From positions 300,001 through 332,000 of the forward strand of contig JAFGBS010000004.1 of NCBI GenBank assembly GCA_016933055.1: DNA of 32,000 bases, given 5' to 3'. Position numbers and translations under genes: made by a program. Below are positions 29,258-32,000 of the stretch, in pieces (within the stretch, counting starts at the first letter, position 1; every line of letters starts with the position of its first letter). This stretch comes from Promethearchaeota archaeon (GTDB lineage: Archaea; Asgardarchaeota; Lokiarchaeia; Sigyniarchaeales; Promethearchaeaceae). Under the pieces are notes generated by a model that was not told where the DNA came from, searched no databases, and saw only the letters and a list, made by a program, of their open reading frames with translations.

Positions 29258-29776
29258 TCACGTTCGTCGTATAATAATTTGAACAATTTTTTTGTCGCGA
29301 AGTGAATCAATTTTTTCTTCAAGATTCTTTAATGGGATTCCAGTAATCTCAGAAATTGTTTCAATTGTATGATCTCCATCACATAATTGGAGGATTTTAT
29401 ATTCCTCTTGCGTAACCATACCCAATTGTACGGACATTGGCTGAATTTCTTTTTCACATACTGGAATGCGGGTTCCCTCATTTAAATCTTCTTTAGCAAG
29501 AGCTGAATCCCCGTGATAGGATTCTACTTGCTTTACTTCGTAATCTTGATTAATAAAAACCGCTGTAGTATGCTCAATATTCGAGAAATCTTGGGGATTA
29601 TTGATATCGGGATTCATGTTTAAATGACGATGTTTATAAATGTACAACCCTCCGAGTTTTAATCCGTTACGGATCTCTTCTTTATCTATATCAATCCCTA
29701 TCACTTCTTTACATATGTCACAATTCACATAAGCGCGGATAGTTTTAAAGTAATTTATCGTGCGGTTAAAAGACAT
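29258..29776 (-). CDS. Hypothetical protein: Cys/His putative metal site plus C-terminal wHTH
   Basis: CDIC...KHRH...EHTTAVFIN, then EEYKILQLCDGDHTIETISEITGIPLKNLEEKIDSLRDKKIV. Confidence 0.7.
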   Translation of the reverse strand: MSFNRTINYFKTIRAYVNCDICKEVIGIDIDKEEIRNGLKLGGLYIYKHRHLNMNPDINNPQDFSNIEHTTAVFINQDYEVKQVESYHGDSALAKEDLNEGTRIPVCEKEIQPMSVQLGMVTQEEYKILQLCDGDHTIETISEITGIPLKNLEEKIDSLRDKKIVQIIIRRT

Positions 29777-29980
29777 GATCTATGTCATTATCTAATTAAG
29801 GAATATATTTATCTTTAGGTGAGACAAAAAAATCGAAAACGATAATTAGATGGTGGGAAATCTTCGCCACCCTATTTAATTCCAATTGATTGCTATCATC
29901 CATCCTTGGAGTACATTTATTTTTTGTTCCTCGATCGAAAAGAAAATAAAGTATCCCATATTATCCGCAATCATTCATTC

Positions 29981-29997
29981 CCTACTATATAAGTAGG
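29981..29997 (+). promoter_or_regulatory. TATA-like element embedded in a 6-bp inverted repeat
   Basis: CCTACT-ATATA-AGTAGG contains TATATAA, about 45 nt upstream of ATG 30035. Confidence 0.35.
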
Positions 29998-30034
29998 ATT
30001 TACCAAACTTAACAATACTAGATGATCAAAAACT

Positions 30035-30208
30035 ATGTCTTACGCTCAAGAAGTATGCAATGGATGTGGAAAACAGCTCGCTCCATATGAAAACGCGGTA
30101 TCTTTTCCTTGTCCCAATTGCGGAGATATCATGATTTATCGATGCGAACGCTGTCGAGCATTTGCTCGTCCTTATAAGTGTCCCAAATGCACTTTTGAGG
30201 CTCCATAA
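30035..30208 (+). CDS. Archaeal Zn-ribbon protein (DUF1610/PRK14890-like, 57 aa)
   Basis: Not in the ORF track; hand translation: MSYAQEVCNGCGKQLAPYENAVSFPCPNCGDIMIYRCERCRAFARPYKCPKCTFEAP. This family typically precedes EF-1beta in archaea. Confidence 0.9.
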   Translation: MSYAQEVCNGCGKQLAPYENAVSFPCPNCGDIMIYRCERCRAFARPYKCPKCTFEAP

Positions 30209-30233
30209 ACACTCCCAACCGAGGAACATAAAC

Positions 30234-30749
30234 ATGACAACTAACTTAACTTTTGCACGTAGCCCTGTTAGAGAAATGATGAAGCGAAACGGTGCTCAAC
30301 TAGTTGCACAAGATGCAGTAACATTGTTGATCGACCATATTGAACAAGCTGCTAAACAACTAACAAAACAAGCACTTGTATACGCCCAGCATGCAAAGCG
30401 AAAAAAAATTACACGGGATGATATTCTCTTAGCTACAAAATATACAATAATTAAACACAAAATGAAAAAAGAACACTATGTGATAGCGGTAGTAAAAGTT
30501 CTTCCTGATGATGTGTATGAGAATGCTCACTTGGAGAAATTAGTTGGAGAGCTCAAAAATGTGCTAACACCGTTAAATACTGTTGTCGAAAAGTTTACCA
30601 TAGTCCCCATTGCATTTGGGTTGCAAGCTCTTCGTGTTCAAATACGAATTCCAGAAGAAACTGAGGGTGGAACTCAACCTGCGGAAGATGCTATGGAATC
30701 CTTAGGATGGGTTCAGCGAGTAGAAGTGGAAATGGTCACACGTTTATAA
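30234..30749 (+). CDS. Archaeal histone fused in frame to elongation factor 1-beta (171 aa)
   Basis: ATG 30234 follows GAGGA. Residues 1-70 form a histone fold (FARSPVREMMKRNGA...AQHAKRKKITRDDILLA). After a TIIKHK linker, Met at 30462 begins EF-1beta (VKVLPDD...PIAFGLQAL...EGGTQPAE...VQRVEVEMVTRL). No in-frame stop lies between them. Confidence 0.85.
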   Translation: MTTNLTFARSPVREMMKRNGAQLVAQDAVTLLIDHIEQAAKQLTKQALVYAQHAKRKKITRDDILLATKYTIIKHKMKKEHYVIAVVKVLPDDVYENAHLEKLVGELKNVLTPLNTVVEKFTIVPIAFGLQALRVQIRIPEETEGGTQPAEDAMESLGWVQRVEVEMVTRL

Positions 30750-30762
30750 TTTCCTGTATTTT

Positions 30763-32000
30763 TTACCTATGAAACTCTTTCTCGAGATATGACCAACTGA
30801 AAAATAACATGGTAGGTCGACCATGAGCGCAATGATGGGGATTTTCGCACAGTGATAAGGTTATGAGTAATTTTTTTGCAAATTCCGGATCTGAAATCAT
30901 ATCTCCTCCTCTAATGCTCTCATGACACGCAATATATTTAAGGATCTTCTCAACCGATTGACTAAAAGATGTTTGTTTTCCCATTTCAATAATTTCTAAG
31001 CAAATGTCTGTAAGAATAGCTGTATCTTGTACTTCTTTCAAGATGGTAGGAATTGTATGTAAAGTAAAGGTGGTACCTCCTAGATGGTTCACTTCAAATC
31101 CAAACTTTGCAACCTCAGAAATCGTATCGAGCAAGTATTCTTTCATATTTATCGGAACTTCAATAGTAAAGGGAATTATTAAACGCTGTCTATGCATTCC
31201 TCCTTTTAAATACGCCTTCATCTCTTTTTCATAATTGATCCTTTCATCTGCTGCGTGCATATCTAAGATATAAAATCCTTCCTCCCCTTCAAAGACAAAA
31301 TATACATTCTTTAATTGTCCTGATTCGCTTATTAACCGCATCTTCGGAAAAGATTTTGTTTGTATCCATTCATTGCGTAGAAAATAATGGGATTGTTTGG
31401 AAATAAGATTTGGAGCAAAGGTTTGCAACGGAAGAGCTTTAGTTTTATGAGGAGTAGCTATCTGAGCTTCAGAGGACACCCTCTCTTGGGATTGTGACGT
31501 AAATTTAGAACTTGATTGAACTAATGGGCTTTGAGCAGATGTAGATAGATTATTCTTTAGATGATTTTCCGATGGAGATTTTTCTTCAATCCATGTTTCA
31601 ATTGTTTTACTGGAGGAAGAAATAGATTGGTCTAGTTGACTGGTAATTGTAGACTGTCCAAATTTTTGATTGACCACTGAGCGCGTTACCTCGCTTAATG
31701 CACTTAATATCGTTTCTTCTTCTTCGAATCTGACAATTTTCTTGGTGGGATGAATATTGAAATCTACCTTGGAGGGATCTATGGTCAAAAATAGGACATA
31801 AAATGGATGTTTATGGATCATTATATAGCTTTTATAAGCAAATTTCATCGCTTCATGGACGGTGGGAGAAATAACGTACCGGCCATTGATAAACACCGTA
31901 GTATTATGAGATGTGGATTGTGCTAAGGTGGGATCCCCAATATACCCTTCGATGGTGAATAAATTGTGCGATTCTCTAAAAAATACGCTATTTTTTGCGA
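30763..32000 (-). CDS. mutL: DNA mismatch repair protein MutL (5' part outside window)
   Basis: Frame is open to the window edge (…FTIEGYIGDP…VFINGRYV); VDFNIHPTKKIVRF, QRLIIP, DMHAADERINYE, ACH, CAHGRPT. Confidence 0.95.
   Translation of the reverse strand, partial: AKNSVFFRESHNLFTIEGYIGDPTLAQSTSHNTTVFINGRYVISPTVHEAMKFAYKSYIMIHKHPFYVLFLTIDPSKVDFNIHPTKKIVRFEEEETILSALSEVTRSVVNQKFGQSTITSQLDQSISSSSKTIETWIEEKSPSENHLKNNLSTSAQSPLVQSSSKFTSQSQERVSSEAQIATPHKTKALPLQTFAPNLISKQSHYFLRNEWIQTKSFPKMRLISESGQLKNVYFVFEGEEGFYILDMHAADERINYEKEMKAYLKGGMHRQRLIIPFTIEVPINMKEYLLDTISEVAKFGFEVNHLGGTTFTLHTIPTILKEVQDTAILTDICLEIIEMGKQTSFSQSVEKILKYIACHESIRGGDMISDPEFAKKLLITLSLCENPHHCAHGRPTMLFFSWSYLEKEFHR

Noticed and set aside
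29852-29871. GC-rich hairpin GGTGG-GAA-ATC-TTC-G-CCACC in the divergent intergenic region
   Set aside because: Single short stem with no repeat copies or T-tract; insufficient to call an ncRNA, terminator or mobile-element end.
30162-30233. Upstream extension of the histone-EF-1beta ORF
   Set aside because: Overlaps the Zn-ribbon gene; the ATG at 30234 has a GAGGA site and matches the histone N-terminus.
30026-30235. 69-aa minus-strand ORF
   Set aside because: Antisense shadow of the real Zn-ribbon gene at 30035-30208.
1-32000. CRISPR arrays, tRNA/rRNA genes, transposases, integrases
   Set aside because: No direct-repeat/spacer pattern, cloverleaf, rRNA-like GC-rich tract or transposase motif was seen; intergenic gaps are short and AT-rich.

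Overview
AT-rich archaeal chromosomal segment, very likely from an Asgard archaeon (Lokiarchaeia/Promethearchaeota). The assignment rests on a eukaryote-like actin (Lokiactin) at the left edge, a Loki-type histone and archaeal information-processing genes. Gene order: Lokiactin (partial), PPi-type phosphofructokinase, ZPR1, 2-oxoacid:ferredoxin oxidoreductase (gamma-delta-alpha-beta), TsaC/Sua5, THUMP protein, Cgi121, ECF transporter T/A/A', DHH phosphoesterase, COG1223-like AAA ATPase, an unannotated 51-aa 4xCxxC microprotein, GINS23, a ~1130-aa polytopic membrane protein with a long HEAT solenoid, bacterial-type TPI, CooT, a degenerate TatD-like protein, cdhB-cdhC, NAD kinase, Nob1, FEN1, CDC48, a small wHTH protein, HerA, a Zn-site/wHTH protein, a Zn-ribbon protein, a histone fused in frame to EF-1beta, and MutL (partial). 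No rRNA, tRNA, CRISPR array or mobile element was recognised. The most striking observation is the histone-EF-1beta in-frame fusion, which may be real or may be a lost stop codon or sequence error. Family assignments come from motif recognition only; no database searches were run.
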